64,000 nt of DNA from an uncultured Planctomycetaceae bacterium (lineage in GTDB: Bacteria; Planctomycetota; Planctomycetia; Isosphaerales; Isosphaeraceae): positions 2,944,001 through 3,008,000 of the forward strand of contig CAWIAD010000001.1 in assembly GCA_963833985.1 (NCBI GenBank), read 5' to 3'. Positions 38,918 through 48,849 of the stretch are shown in pieces. The notes beneath the pieces were generated by a model. It did no database searches. It was not told the origin of the DNA and saw nothing but the letters and a program-made list of their open reading frames with translations. A program made the position numbers and the translations under genes. Each line of letters starts with the position of its first letter. Position 1 is the first letter of the stretch.

Positions 38918-40166
38918 ATGACTCCCGCTCAATCCCCATCGAGCTCACCCACCCGCCGGCGCGTGCTAGCGGCCGCCCTCGGCGGTCTTTCCGCGGCCGC
39001 CCTGGAACCGCCGTCATCCAGAGCGCAAGGGCAAGAAAAGGCCCCCGTGGCCCCGCGCGATCCGATCCGTATCACGCGCCTGGAAACCATCCTGGTCAAG
39101 CCGCGCTGGCTCTTCCTCAAGGTGCACACGAACGCGGGAATCGTCGGGCTGGGCGAGCCCATCGTCGAGGGGCGTGCGCTCACCGTCGCCACGGCGGTCA
39201 AGGAGATCGAACCATACCTGGTTGGCAAGGACCCGCGACAGGTGGTGCATCACTGGCAGGCCATTTACCGGCATGCCTTCTATCGTGGCGGGCCAATCCT
39301 CACAAGCGCCCTGAGCGGCATCGACATGGCGCTCTGGGACATCAAGGGCAAGGCGCTGGGCGTTCCGGTGTACGAGCTGCTGGGCGGTCCCACCCGGAAG
39401 CGTGTGCGGGTCTATGCCCATGCCGGCAGCCCGGAGCGCGTGAAGCGAGCCGTCGTCCAGGGCTTCACCGCACTGAAAACCCAGCCCGCGCTGCGCAGGC
39501 CCGCGCGGTATGTCGAGACGATGAGCCAGGTGCAGCACGCCACGGAATCGTTCGCGGCCCTGCGCGAGGCCGCCGGCGACGAGGTCGACATCGCCATCGA
39601 CTTCCACGGAGCGGTCAGCCCTGCCACCGCGAAGCTGCTCATCAAGGCACTCGAACCTTTCCAGCCGATGTTCATCGAGGAGCCATGCCAGGCGCAGAAC
39701 CACGACATCATGGCCGAGATCGCTCGCGGCACGCACCTGCCCATCGCCACGGGCGAGCGCGTCTTCACCAAGTGGGGCTTTCGTGAGGTGCTGGAGAAGC
39801 GCGCCGCCACGATCCTCCAGCCTGACCTCTGCCACGCCGGCGGCATCACCGAGGTGCGTCTCATCGCGGGCATGGCCGAAGCGTATTACGCCGCGATTGC
39901 CCCGCACAACCCGCTGGGCCCGATCTCCCTGGCCGCCGGCGTGCAGATTGCGGCATCCATTCCCAACTTCCTCTGCCAGGAGCAGGTGACCCTGGGCGAA
40001 GGCTACCTCAAGCAGCCCTTCACCCTGCGCAGGGTTCATTGACGTCCCCACCGCTCCCGGCCTGGGCATCGAGCTCGACGAGAACGCCCTGGCAAGCAAG
40101 ATCGGCCACGACTGGAAGAACCCGGAAGCGTACGACACCGAAGACGGCAGCGTGATGGACTGGTAG
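38918..40166 (+). CDS. dgoD: Galactonate dehydratase (mandelate racemase/enolase superfamily), frameshift near 40030
   Basis: PRWLFLKVHT, GEPIVEGRA, FYRGGPILTSALSGID, DFHG, EEP, ATGER, APHNPLGP; C-terminal PGLGIELDE...DGSVMDW* in the next frame. Confidence 0.9.
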
Positions 40167-40213
40167 GGTCAGGGCGAGGTCCGTCACGGATCGGTCCCTG
40201 CGCGGCCCGGTCG

Positions 40214-41326
40214 TCACCGCGCAGGGGAACTGGCTGTGCCTGAGCGCACGCGGTACGTCGGATCGACGATCAGCCTGCTGCCGGCGATGTCGTCCCAGGC
40301 GTAGAGCTTGAAGTTCTGCCGGCCGCCGGGATTCTTGCCGTCCTGGACGACGAACAACCCGCGCGGGAAGCGGGGCGAAGTGGGCACGTTGACGACGTCG
40401 ATGCCGTCCGTCTCGCCGACATCGGAAATGCCGTTGCCGGCGACCGGGTCGATCGTGAGCACGTACGCGTTGCGGCCCGACCGCTCGTAGACGAAGAACT
40501 TGCCGGCCCCCTGGCTGGAGGCGATCAGGTAGCCCCGGCCGCCGGAACCGTAATAGACCGTCAGACCTTCGATGTCGGCCGCCAGGCCATGATCGCCCAC
40601 GCGTGCCACCAGCGTGCGGCCGTCGCCCGAGTCCGGCTCTGCGCCGTAGCGCCAGATGCCGACGTCCTCCTCGCCAATGTAAAGGCTGCCCGTTTCCTGG
40701 TCGGCGACGCACCCCTCGCACTGCGAGCCCACCGAAAAAGTGCGGACCTTCGTCGCCGAGATGCGGCCTTCGCTCTGGCCTTCAACCTGGTACTGCTCGA
40801 TTGCACCTTCCTTGTCGGTGACTACAACATAAGAGCGTTTCGTCTTCGGGCTCGTGTAGACGCACGACCCATACGGCTCGCCGCCGCCGAAGACGGCGAA
40901 CGTCGGGCCCTTGCCCAGCTCGGCCAGGGAACGCGCTGCCGGGTCGATCGTCCAGATCTTCATCCCGTATCCCGAAGCTTCGCGCGCCCCTGCAACGGCG
41001 AGATCAACGAGCCGGCCGCCCAGGAAGAAGCCGTAGAGGACATCGACATTATTCGGGCGCGAACCCGGGGAAACCGTCTGCCGCAAGCGGCCTTCCAGGT
41101 CGTAGACGAGCAGCCCGCCCTTCTTGTCGGTGCCCAGCAGCAAGCTCGACGCGGGGTCGCCGGGATGGACCCAGATTGCCGGATCGTCGGCCGCATCGCC
41201 CTGGTGGGCGACCTGTTCGGTCTGCACCCGAGGCGCCGGTGCGGACACGACATCGTCGCCGCCCCGCGCCGCGGTCTGGAGCAGGACGATCGTGATGCCG
41301 ATGGCGAACACGGATCGAAGAGCCAT
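40214..41326 (-). CDS. Beta-propeller phytase
   Basis: DAADDPAIWVHP, GTDKKGGL, NNVDV, QCEGCVAD, DIEGL, ETDGIDV, FPRGLFVVQDG, QNFK. Confidence 0.93.
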   Translation of the reverse strand: MALRSVFAIGITIVLLQTAARGGDDVVSAPAPRVQTEQVAHQGDAADDPAIWVHPGDPASSLLLGTDKKGGLLVYDLEGRLRQTVSPGSRPNNVDVLYGFFLGGRLVDLAVAGAREASGYGMKIWTIDPAARSLAELGKGPTFAVFGGGEPYGSCVYTSPKTKRSYVVVTDKEGAIEQYQVEGQSEGRISATKVRTFSVGSQCEGCVADQETGSLYIGEEDVGIWRYGAEPDSGDGRTLVARVGDHGLAADIEGLTVYYGSGGRGYLIASSQGAGKFFVYERSGRNAYVLTIDPVAGNGISDVGETDGIDVVNVPTSPRFPRGLFVVQDGKNPGGRQNFKLYAWDDIAGSRLIVDPTYRVRSGTASSPAR

Positions 41327-41679
41327 GGGCTACCCCCTGTTCGAGAGTCGTGGAGGACCGTCGCTGACGCTCATCCCGGCACCGTCTTTTAGCCGGCACC
41401 CCGAAAGCACCGCACCCGGGCCGGCCGTGTGGCAGGCTTGCCAGCAAGAGCCATCGCGAAACCGCACCGTAGCGGCGCTCGCAACTCTAGTAAAACGCGG
41501 TTCACGCGGTGAAATGTGAAAGGTGGATGAATCTCTCTGGCACAGCCAGCATCCACTGAGTTGAGCTGGGCTAAAGCAAAGACCGAACGTCTCGTCACAT
41601 TCGGCCGTCCGATGTCGATAAGGGTCTTGGCATTGCAGGCACAGGGGCAATCCTTGAACGCTCTCGAGCGTCTTCGGCT

Positions 41680-42108
41680 CTCCTTCAGTGCTCGGGTGCT
41701 TGAGCAGTCCGGCGTCCACGAGAAGCCCTCGCTCCTCGACGCGGGCGGTTCGTTGACGCGCAGCAGCCGAACCGTGGTGCGCCCCTTCGCCGTGAGGGGC
41801 TCGATGCGAGACAGCAACGAGGGGGACATGGTCGGTCCAGCGATCCTGGAGCGGGTGGAAGAGCGGCTCGACGGCCCCCGTTTGCTCATCAATTGACGCC
41901 AGATCACTTCCCTTCCGTGAATTACACAGCACGCACGCCAGGGCCAGGTTATCCTCCGTGGTCGCTACGCCGTGCTTCTCGGCGATGACGTGGTCGATGG
42001 TGTGCATGACCCACGTCACTGACTCGGGAACAAGCAGTACTCGCAACGGTCACCCGCCGGTTCGCGAACGAGCCGACGCAGGGCAGCGGAGACGTGGGAC
42101 TCACTCAT
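41680..42108 (-). pseudogene. HNH endonuclease toxin-like gene, multiply frameshifted
   Basis: MSESHVSAALRRLVRE..GDRCEYC / HTIDHVIAEKHG..TTEDNLALACVLCNSRKGSD / PLTAKGRTTVRLL spread over three frames; 3' end approximate. Confidence 0.8.
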
Positions 42109-42114
42109 GCCCGC

Positions 42115-42462
42115 TCACGTTCCGCCTGGCGCTGGACGGCCGCGCTTGGCCATGCGGACCAGGTGCTCAAGATACTGATAGCGCTCCCACTCCGTCTGCT
42201 CAGCGGTCGAGAGGCTCCCGTAACGGTTCTTGGCGAGCAGCAATTCGATCCGGTCCTGGAGGCCTGGGGATGGTCTCAAGGAAAGGACCTCCTCCGGCGA
42301 AGGCAGGCGGGCCAGTGTCTCGACGACGTCCGCCATGCCGGCGTAATCGGGCGCGGCCGAAAGCCACTCCCTGAGCCCGAGCTCGAGGATCTCCGGCAAC
42401 CGATCCTCCACGGCCCGGAGTCGAGTCGCCAGATCGTCCGGAACCGTAAGGGTCATATCCAT
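42115..42462 (-). CDS. Antitoxin-like partner of the HNH gene
   Basis: MDMTLTVPDDLA, LPSPEEVLSLRPSPGLQDRIELLLAKN...LEHLVRMAK; directly upstream of the HNH gene. Confidence 0.8.
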   Translation of the reverse strand: MDMTLTVPDDLATRLRAVEDRLPEILELGLREWLSAAPDYAGMADVVETLARLPSPEEVLSLRPSPGLQDRIELLLAKNRYGSLSTAEQTEWERYQYLEHLVRMAKRGRPAPGGT

Positions 42463-43299
42463 GATCGCTCTCCACGAGGGGATGGCCTGCTCCGAGAATT
42501 CTACTCGCTTGCTAATCCCCGGGGAAGGCGGGTCGCGGAGCGACGCGCCTTGCTAGACCAGCGCCTCGCGAGTTCTGCCCGGAGCGGGTGGCAAACCAGT
42601 CTTAAAGATATGCTGAACGCCCAGGCCTGCTCTCCAGAGATTCGAAGCCGAATGGGTCATGTAGGAACGCAGACTCTTGAAGCTCATGCCGCCGGCATGC
42701 CCGAAGATTTGTGCGAGCGCTGGGCCGATCAAGCGACCTGGGATGAAACGAGTGGGCGCTGCCGGACGTTTCCGACGGGAAAGGGGCCGGGCTCGTCGAC
42801 GGAATCGACGAGCCGAACTGCTGACCGGGAGCATCGGTCACCTCTCCCAGGTTGACGAACCACGCTGTCCCGAGCCATCGGGCTTGTTGCTCGCGGGAAG
42901 AGCGGCGATCACAGTAAGCACCATCGCATTGTGCCGAAATCGCTGGCGGGGGCGGCGCGGTAACGGTATGTCAGACAGGGGCCGTCAGTGGCAGGCAACG
43001 CCGACCTGGCTGATCCCCCGCACCGCCAGCGGCCTGAGATCCGATCGAGCGATCCTGAGATTCCCGGCCTTTACAACGTAAACTTACCATGACGGTGCAG
43101 TGTGCAGGCTCCTTGACAATTCGGTTGTTTGCCAGAACAACGGCGCCGCCGAGGCCCGGCGGTGCGCGGAGGTTCAGCCCTGGCCCAATCCCTCCGCGGC
43201 GTTCTGCCTGAGGGCGGAGTGAAAATAAGAACTTTGAGCGAAGCCAATGAAAAGCGGCATTAACTCGTTATCTCCAAATTGTTAAGGTCCGATGGCTTT

Positions 43300-43556
43300 G
43301 ATCGCGGGAGGGCGAAATCGAACCCAATTTGGCCGGGCAGCGAAGTGGTTGTCCGCTCGATGGAGGCGAGACAGCGGCGAGCGATGGCCGGAGCCACACC
43401 GGACTCCGGCACAGCAAGCGCCGGGTGCCCGGGGGAAAACGAAACACACGTGCGTGCATGTTCGACCGGGACTGACCGGGCCCGGCCTTCGCCGTAGGTT
43501 AACCGCGATGTCCGGGTTGCCCGGTCGGTCGAGTATCAGCCGCGGGATCGGCTTCT
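43300..43556. repeat. ~255-bp dispersed repeat, copy 1
   Basis: Aligns by eye with 44742-44895 (left part) and 46619-46727 (right part, about 9 differences in about 108 nt). Confidence 0.85.
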
Positions 43557-43921
43557 TGTGTCCTTCTGCCGGTACATATGTCCTTCTGCCGGTGCCTGCC
43601 GGGAGACGCGCGGGGAAGAATACAGACTCCTGGCGACATCTCCCCAGCTGAGGCAATGATCGCAGCCACGATCGAGGTGCGCCTCGATGTCAACCATCCG
43701 TCGGTGCAGCGGCGCCGCGGCACTCGTTGGTCAGGACGCAACAAGTCTGCTCGCTTCGTTTATGATCGTCTTCTCACATCTTGCCGCGGCTGAAGAAGGA
43801 GTTCGGGTTGTAAGGGAAAAAGTCGAAGTAGAACGGGGGGACTCCTCTGGTTCTTCCTTCCTCCTCATAGAGCGGCAGGGTGAAACCCACGTATTGATCG
43901 CCGGTTCTTCGATCATCTGCC

Positions 43922-44305
43922 TCAGACCGACCAGTCCTCCAGCGCAAGCCCAGGAATTCGCGCGAAATCGCGGCGATTCCGGGTGAGCAAGGTGAGCTGG
44001 TTTGCCAGGGCAATCGCGCCAATCTTCAGGTCTTGCGTGGCGATACGAGGTAACGGTGTTGCTGGAAGAAGGACTCCGCCGCATTGTCGTAGAGGGGGAT
44101 GGGAAGGTGGGCAAAGAGCTGGATCGTCTCGGCGAGCATCGCATAGCGGCGAATGCGAGTGGTCATCGCTGGGGGAAAGCTGGGAGGGGGAGGATGAGGT
44201 TACGCCGACCGAGCCAGGAGGCTGCGACAGGAGGCGGTTCCCGAGAGCCGGCAGACCGTGCTGGAACAACGTCAGGTGATCGGAATCGAAGAGGAACCGG
44301 AGCAT
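43922..44305 (-). pseudogene. PIN/VapC toxin, internally frameshifted or deleted
   Basis: FLFDSDHL N-terminus and QDLKIGAIALANQLTLLTRNRRDFARIPGL..EDWS C-terminus; the central PIN segment (YAMLAETIQLFAHLPIPLYDNAA) is in another frame and the VEE motif is absent. Confidence 0.8.
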
Positions 44306-44328
44306 CCGCTCTCGTCCGGAGAGTCGCT

Positions 44329-44643
44329 TTACTGGCGGTCTATCTCGGTTCGAAACCGGCGAACTTCATCCACATAGTCGGCGAAATTGGGGTCTTCCCT
44401 GGCGTGACCGAACCATTTCATCAGGTGCGGTTTCGTCGGCATCTCGACCGCTCGAAGCTGGCCCGAATCGATGCACTCCTGAAGGATCGTCCGCAATTGC
44501 TCCACGGCCGCTTCGCGGCTCGTTGCGGTCGCACGATGGTCGGAAAGCCCCACGAGCTGGGCCGAGAAGAAGCCCTGTGGTTCGGGCCGAACCAGGATCA
44601 GACAAGAGCTTGGGGAGAGAACCATCGGGCTTTCCAGATTCAT
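44329..44643 (-). CDS. HicB-like antitoxin upstream of the PIN gene
   Basis: ILVRPEPQGFFSAQLVGL...ATSREAAVEQL; C-terminal WFGHAREDPNF. Confidence 0.75.
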   Translation of the reverse strand: MNLESPMVLSPSSCLILVRPEPQGFFSAQLVGLSDHRATATSREAAVEQLRTILQECIDSGQLRAVEMPTKPHLMKWFGHAREDPNFADYVDEVRRFRTEIDRQ

Positions 44644-44741
44644 CTCAATTACTCCTCAGACTCCGTGATCACACCACATCGAGGCGATCGCTGTCTCCCA
44701 GGCATGGGATCTCCTCCACGGGAGTAAGGAACGGAACATTC

Positions 44742-46727
44742 GATCGCGGGCCAGCGAAATCGAACCCAAACTGACCGGCAGGCGGGTAGGCGTCTTCCCG
44801 TGACGAGGCGAGACACCGGCGACCATGGCCGGGGCCGCGCTGCACTCCGGCACAACGAGCGACGGGTAATCGGGAGAGAATGAAACAGACGTGGGGGTGT
44901 AAGACACGGTTCGTTTTTCTGAGGTCCTACGCCGCTTTCCCAGTTTCCCTGGCTTGATAGTTGCGGAAGGGGCTGCTGGGCCTCTCTTCGAGGTACCGAC
45001 CAGGCGTCCGTCTCGGAGATGAACGACTTTCGAAGCGAAGCATCGTCTCGGACCGGCTTGCTCCAGAATTTCGCAGACCCTTGACTCGCCGGTTGAAGAC
45101 TTCACGCTCGACTCCACGTGACTGCTCGTCCAAGGCAATCACCCGCGTCGATAAGCAGGGTAGTCCATACACTCTCGATATGCTCCAGGTAGCCGAGTTC
45201 TTGGGCGATGATCTTGCGCGGGTCATCGTCGGCCAGCCGTTCGAGCTCGTCTCCGGATAAGGACGCCTGGGCATCTCGCAGGGTACGGAGTTCCTCAATC
45301 ACCTGGCCCACGCGTCCCTTAAGAAGGCATCACGCTCATGTCTGGAACAACTCTCAACGGCCGGCGGTTTCGATCGCGGGAGCCTTGGCGCCGCGAACAG
45401 GTGACCCAGGGCGTGGAGAAAATCAACGATGGCCAGAAAGGTCGGAAAATGCCGTTGCTGCAATTTCCAGATCCAGGCCGAGCCGTCCCCCAGGAACGCC
45501 CGATGAGCCGCTTTCATGAGATTGCGTCGCCACGCCTCCGCGGCCACCATCGGCCCGAATTGCTCGCTGGAGCAGGTGCTCGCCACGTAAGTCCGCACCA
45601 CCAGTCGGGCCTTACCCTTGGCTCGGACCGATCCCCGGCGGACGGCAGAGATGCTTCGTCGATGTTCTCCGCCGGGGCCTCCTGTAGGCCCATCGAGCTC
45701 GACCCGCTGATCCCACCGGCGAGCTTCCGACGGCTCCCGTCTCGGTAGCACGCCGGCACCACGGGCTCCGGGTCACTCCGAGACGAGAATGGCCATGGTG
45801 GCCAGAATCGCGATCTTGTCCTCACGCCAGGACGCATCATGGGCACCGGGCCCTTCCCCCTGGCCGCGAATCTGCAGCCGGCCGCCGTCAACCTCGACCA
45901 CTGCCAGAGCCGGCCGTGTCTCGACTCGCGGCTCGAGCTTATGGGCTTGAAGTTCGCTCACATGCTGATCTCTCTCGGCCTGCAATTGTTGGCCGACCTC
46001 CTGGGCGATGCGGCCGATCTGCCGACTGCCGATGGTCACCTCGGCCAATTCCGCCATCGCCTCGGCCGCCTCCCGGAAGGAGGGCTCCCGGGCACCGCAA
46101 CGGACGATCTTGCGCAGCACCGAAGGGCTGTAGTCATGTGGCGTGAGGCGCAAGGCCGGACGCTGAGGGAAAAAAATCCCGGCGACATGCCGGGCAGTGG
46201 CACTTCGGTTCGGCGTAGGTGACCTTGCCTCCCCAGAATTCAATGGTTCGATCGTTGCGTTGCACCGGACAGAGCCGCTTGCAGTTGGGACAAGGCTGCT
46301 CGGCCCCCAAGAGGGAGGCTTTCTGCTTCAGGAGTTCCTCGATGGTTCCCTTGGCCACGGCACAGGCCGCGGTCATGGCCATTTGTTCCATGTCGTCGGC
46401 ATCGAGGTCCAGGTCAGGCCCAACTTCTTCGTGGACCCGTCGCGCCACAGTTTTCCCCCACCCTTTGGCCATCTGCTCGACCCCGGTGCGATCCATCGAT
46501 GGTGACTTACGGAAAGGCATAGCAGGTCCCTCCTTGGACTTCCGGTGACGGACAATTTGGGAAACTTGACTTGACATGCTACCACCGGCCTCGGGCGGCG
46601 CGAAGCGTTTAAACACAGCGTGGGTGCATATTCGACCGGGGTTGACCGGGCCTGGCCTTCGCCGTAAGTTAACCCGCGATGTCCGGGTTGCCCGGTCGGT
46701 CGAGTATCGGCCGCGGAATCGGCTTCT
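44742..46727. repeat. ~255-bp dispersed repeat, copy 2, interrupted by the ISKra4-like element
   Basis: 44742-44895 plus 46619-46727 rejoin into a full copy at duplicated CGTGGG. Confidence 0.8.
44896..46618 (-). mobile_element. ISKra4-family IS, degenerate transposase
   Basis: CPNCKR..CHCPACRRDFFP followed by a GATTTTTTTCCC slippery site; VEVDGGRLQ, WREDK, FLGDGSAWIW, IVDFLHA, TSSHVESSVK in several frames; CGTGGG duplicated at 44890-44895 and 46619-46624; IRs imperfect. Confidence 0.85.
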
Positions 46728-46792
46728 CGAAGACATATCAAACTCGGTCCAGCGAAACGATCCGCCCACCCCAGGGAAGGGGGCGACTGGCC

Positions 46793-47677
46793 ATGCGGCG
46801 CGGGACCTTGATCCTCGTCAAGTGCCTGTCCTTCTGCCTGCTCGCCGCCAGCACCGGGTGCAACTGGGCCACCACGCGCCGGGGACGCAGCGAGAACCCG
46901 CCGACCGCCGAGCGGGCAGCAGCCGGGCAGCAGATCAGCGAACGGGCCCAGGCCGCCATCGACCGCGGCGAGCTGGAACCGGCCCGGATGGAACTGATGC
47001 AGCTCGTGGCTCTGATTCCGGGCTCGGCCGAGGCCCATCAGCGCCTGGGCAAGGTATTGCAGGTCCAGGGGCGGCTCGATGAGGCGGAGGCGTGCTTCCG
47101 CAAGGCGCTCCAGCTTGATCCCGACTACGTCGGAGCACTCATCGGGCTGGGCACAATCGAAGCCGCCCAGGGGAACGCGGCCTCAGCCCTGAAACGCTTC
47201 CAGACCGCCATCGAGATCGAGCCGAATGACGCCGAGGCCCACTTCGCCTGTGCCCAGCAGTTCGAATCCATGGGCCGCACCGACGAGGCCCTGGCCGCCT
47301 ATTTCCGGACGATCGAGTTCAACCCGCTGCACCCTGAAGTCAGCCAGCGCATCGGTGCCATCGAGCTGGCTCGCAACCAGCCGGACCAGGCGCTTGCCCG
47401 GCTCGACCAGGCCGTGGACCTGGCTCCGGAGAGCGGCGAGGTGCGCTTGCTGCGCGGCAGGGCGCACCTGATGCTGCGGCATCCCGCCCAGGCCGTTGCC
47501 GACTTGCGGTTCGCGGCCGCGGCGCTGCCGGATCGAGCCGACGTCTATTACGTCCTTGCTCTGGCGCTCGATGCCGCGCACCAGCCGGCCGATGCCTTGA
47601 AAGCCGCTGAGCAGGCCCTCCAGCTCTCGCCAGACTATGCCGGAGCCCGCGACCTGTCACGGCGTCTAAGGCGTTGA
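46793..47677 (+). CDS. Tetratricopeptide-repeat lipoprotein
   Basis: STGC lipobox; repeated AEAHQRLG..EAEACFRKALQLDPD TPR units. Confidence 0.9.
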   Translation: MRRGTLILVKCLSFCLLAASTGCNWATTRRGRSENPPTAERAAAGQQISERAQAAIDRGELEPARMELMQLVALIPGSAEAHQRLGKVLQVQGRLDEAEACFRKALQLDPDYVGALIGLGTIEAAQGNAASALKRFQTAIEIEPNDAEAHFACAQQFESMGRTDEALAAYFRTIEFNPLHPEVSQRIGAIELARNQPDQALARLDQAVDLAPESGEVRLLRGRAHLMLRHPAQAVADLRFAAAALPDRADVYYVLALALDAAHQPADALKAAEQALQLSPDYAGARDLSRRLRR

Positions 47678-47695
47678 GCGTCCATAGCGTAAGCA

Positions 47696-48568
47696 TCAGC
47701 CCCGGTCTTCCTCCGCAACCACGTTGTTGCGCAGGGTGCCCAGATGATCGATCTCGACCTCCACGACGTCGCCCGGCTTCAGCCAGACGGGCGGCTGGCG
47801 CGCCATGCCCACGCCGGGCGGCGTGCCGGTGAAGATCAGGTCGCCGGGCTCCAGGGTGACGATCTGCGAGAGATAGGCGATCAGCTCGTCCACACCGAAG
47901 ATGAGCTGGCTTGTGCTCGAGTCCTGCATGGTCTGGCCGTTGAGCCGCAGGCGTATGCCGAGCTTGTGCGGGTCGGGCACCTCATCAGGCGTGACAAGCT
48001 CCGGGCCGGTGGGAGCGAAGGTGTCGAAGGTCTTGCCGGCCATCCACTGCTTGGCTGGCTTGTGGAGCTGCCAGTCACGGGCCGAGACGTCGTGGCCGAC
48101 CGTGTATCCGCCCACGTGTTCCCAGGCCGATTCCCGGGTGATGTGCTTGCCGCCCCGACCGATGACGACGACCAGCTCGGCCTCGTAATCAACCTGCTGG
48201 CTCACGCGAGGCAGCACGATAGCCTGGAGATGCCCGATAAGCGTGCTGGGATACTTGCTGAAGAGCACCGGCTCCGGCGGCGCCGGGACGCCACTCTCGG
48301 CCGCGTGATCGCGATAGTTCAGCCCGATACAGACGATCTTCCGCGGATCGGGGATCGGCGCCAGCAGGCGGGCAGCAGCAGGGTCGTACGTCACCCCGCC
48401 GGCGCTCAGGGCCGACCATGCCTGGCGCTGGGCGTCCGGCGGCAAGCCCACGAGCTCTCTCAGAGTGCTCGGCCCGCCCGGGCTCGCTTCCTTCAGGTCG
48501 ACGTAACGGCCCGCTTTCACACCACAGGCTCTTGGACCGTGCTCGGTGGCAACCGTGACCCAGCGCAC
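47696..48568 (-). CDS. Fumarylacetoacetate hydrolase family protein
   Basis: KIVCIGLNYRDHA, DYEAEL, HDVSARDWQ, GKTFDTF, LEPGDLIFTGTPPGVG. Confidence 0.95.
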   Translation of the reverse strand: MRWVTVATEHGPRACGVKAGRYVDLKEASPGGPSTLRELVGLPPDAQRQAWSALSAGGVTYDPAAARLLAPIPDPRKIVCIGLNYRDHAAESGVPAPPEPVLFSKYPSTLIGHLQAIVLPRVSQQVDYEAELVVVIGRGGKHITRESAWEHVGGYTVGHDVSARDWQLHKPAKQWMAGKTFDTFAPTGPELVTPDEVPDPHKLGIRLRLNGQTMQDSSTSQLIFGVDELIAYLSQIVTLEPGDLIFTGTPPGVGMARQPPVWLKPGDVVEVEIDHLGTLRNNVVAEEDRG

Positions 48569-48849
48569 GAGGAATCTCCTTGTTCAGCAACTTGCATCTT
48601 CGCCGGGCGACTGTGCCGGACGGGGCTCATTGCAATGCTCTGGCTTTATGCTACCCCACGCTGCGCTCCGGGTCGATCACCTGCATCGTGTTAAACCGCC
48701 CGGGCAATGGGATGGCATGCTTTTGCCTGCCGAGTGCAACAAGGAACCCAGGGATCGCCTTCCCTACCACGACGGGCAGTGCGCCGGAACGCAAGAATCG
48801 CACGTGCCGGACGACGAACCGCAGTACTTTTCTGTGGACGTTCGCCGGT

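Noticed and set aside
42094..42855. 253-aa plus-strand ORF as a real gene
   Set aside because: The first half is antisense to the antitoxin gene; only a short internal segment has possible integrase similarity
43630..43780. Decayed Uma2-like nuclease fragment on the minus strand (DG*HRGAP / IVAAIIAS)
   Set aside because: Similarity is too short and broken to support without a database search
43300..46727. Integron with attC sites
   Set aside because: No IntI gene, and I could not identify RYYYAAC/GTTRRRY box structure at the repeat ends
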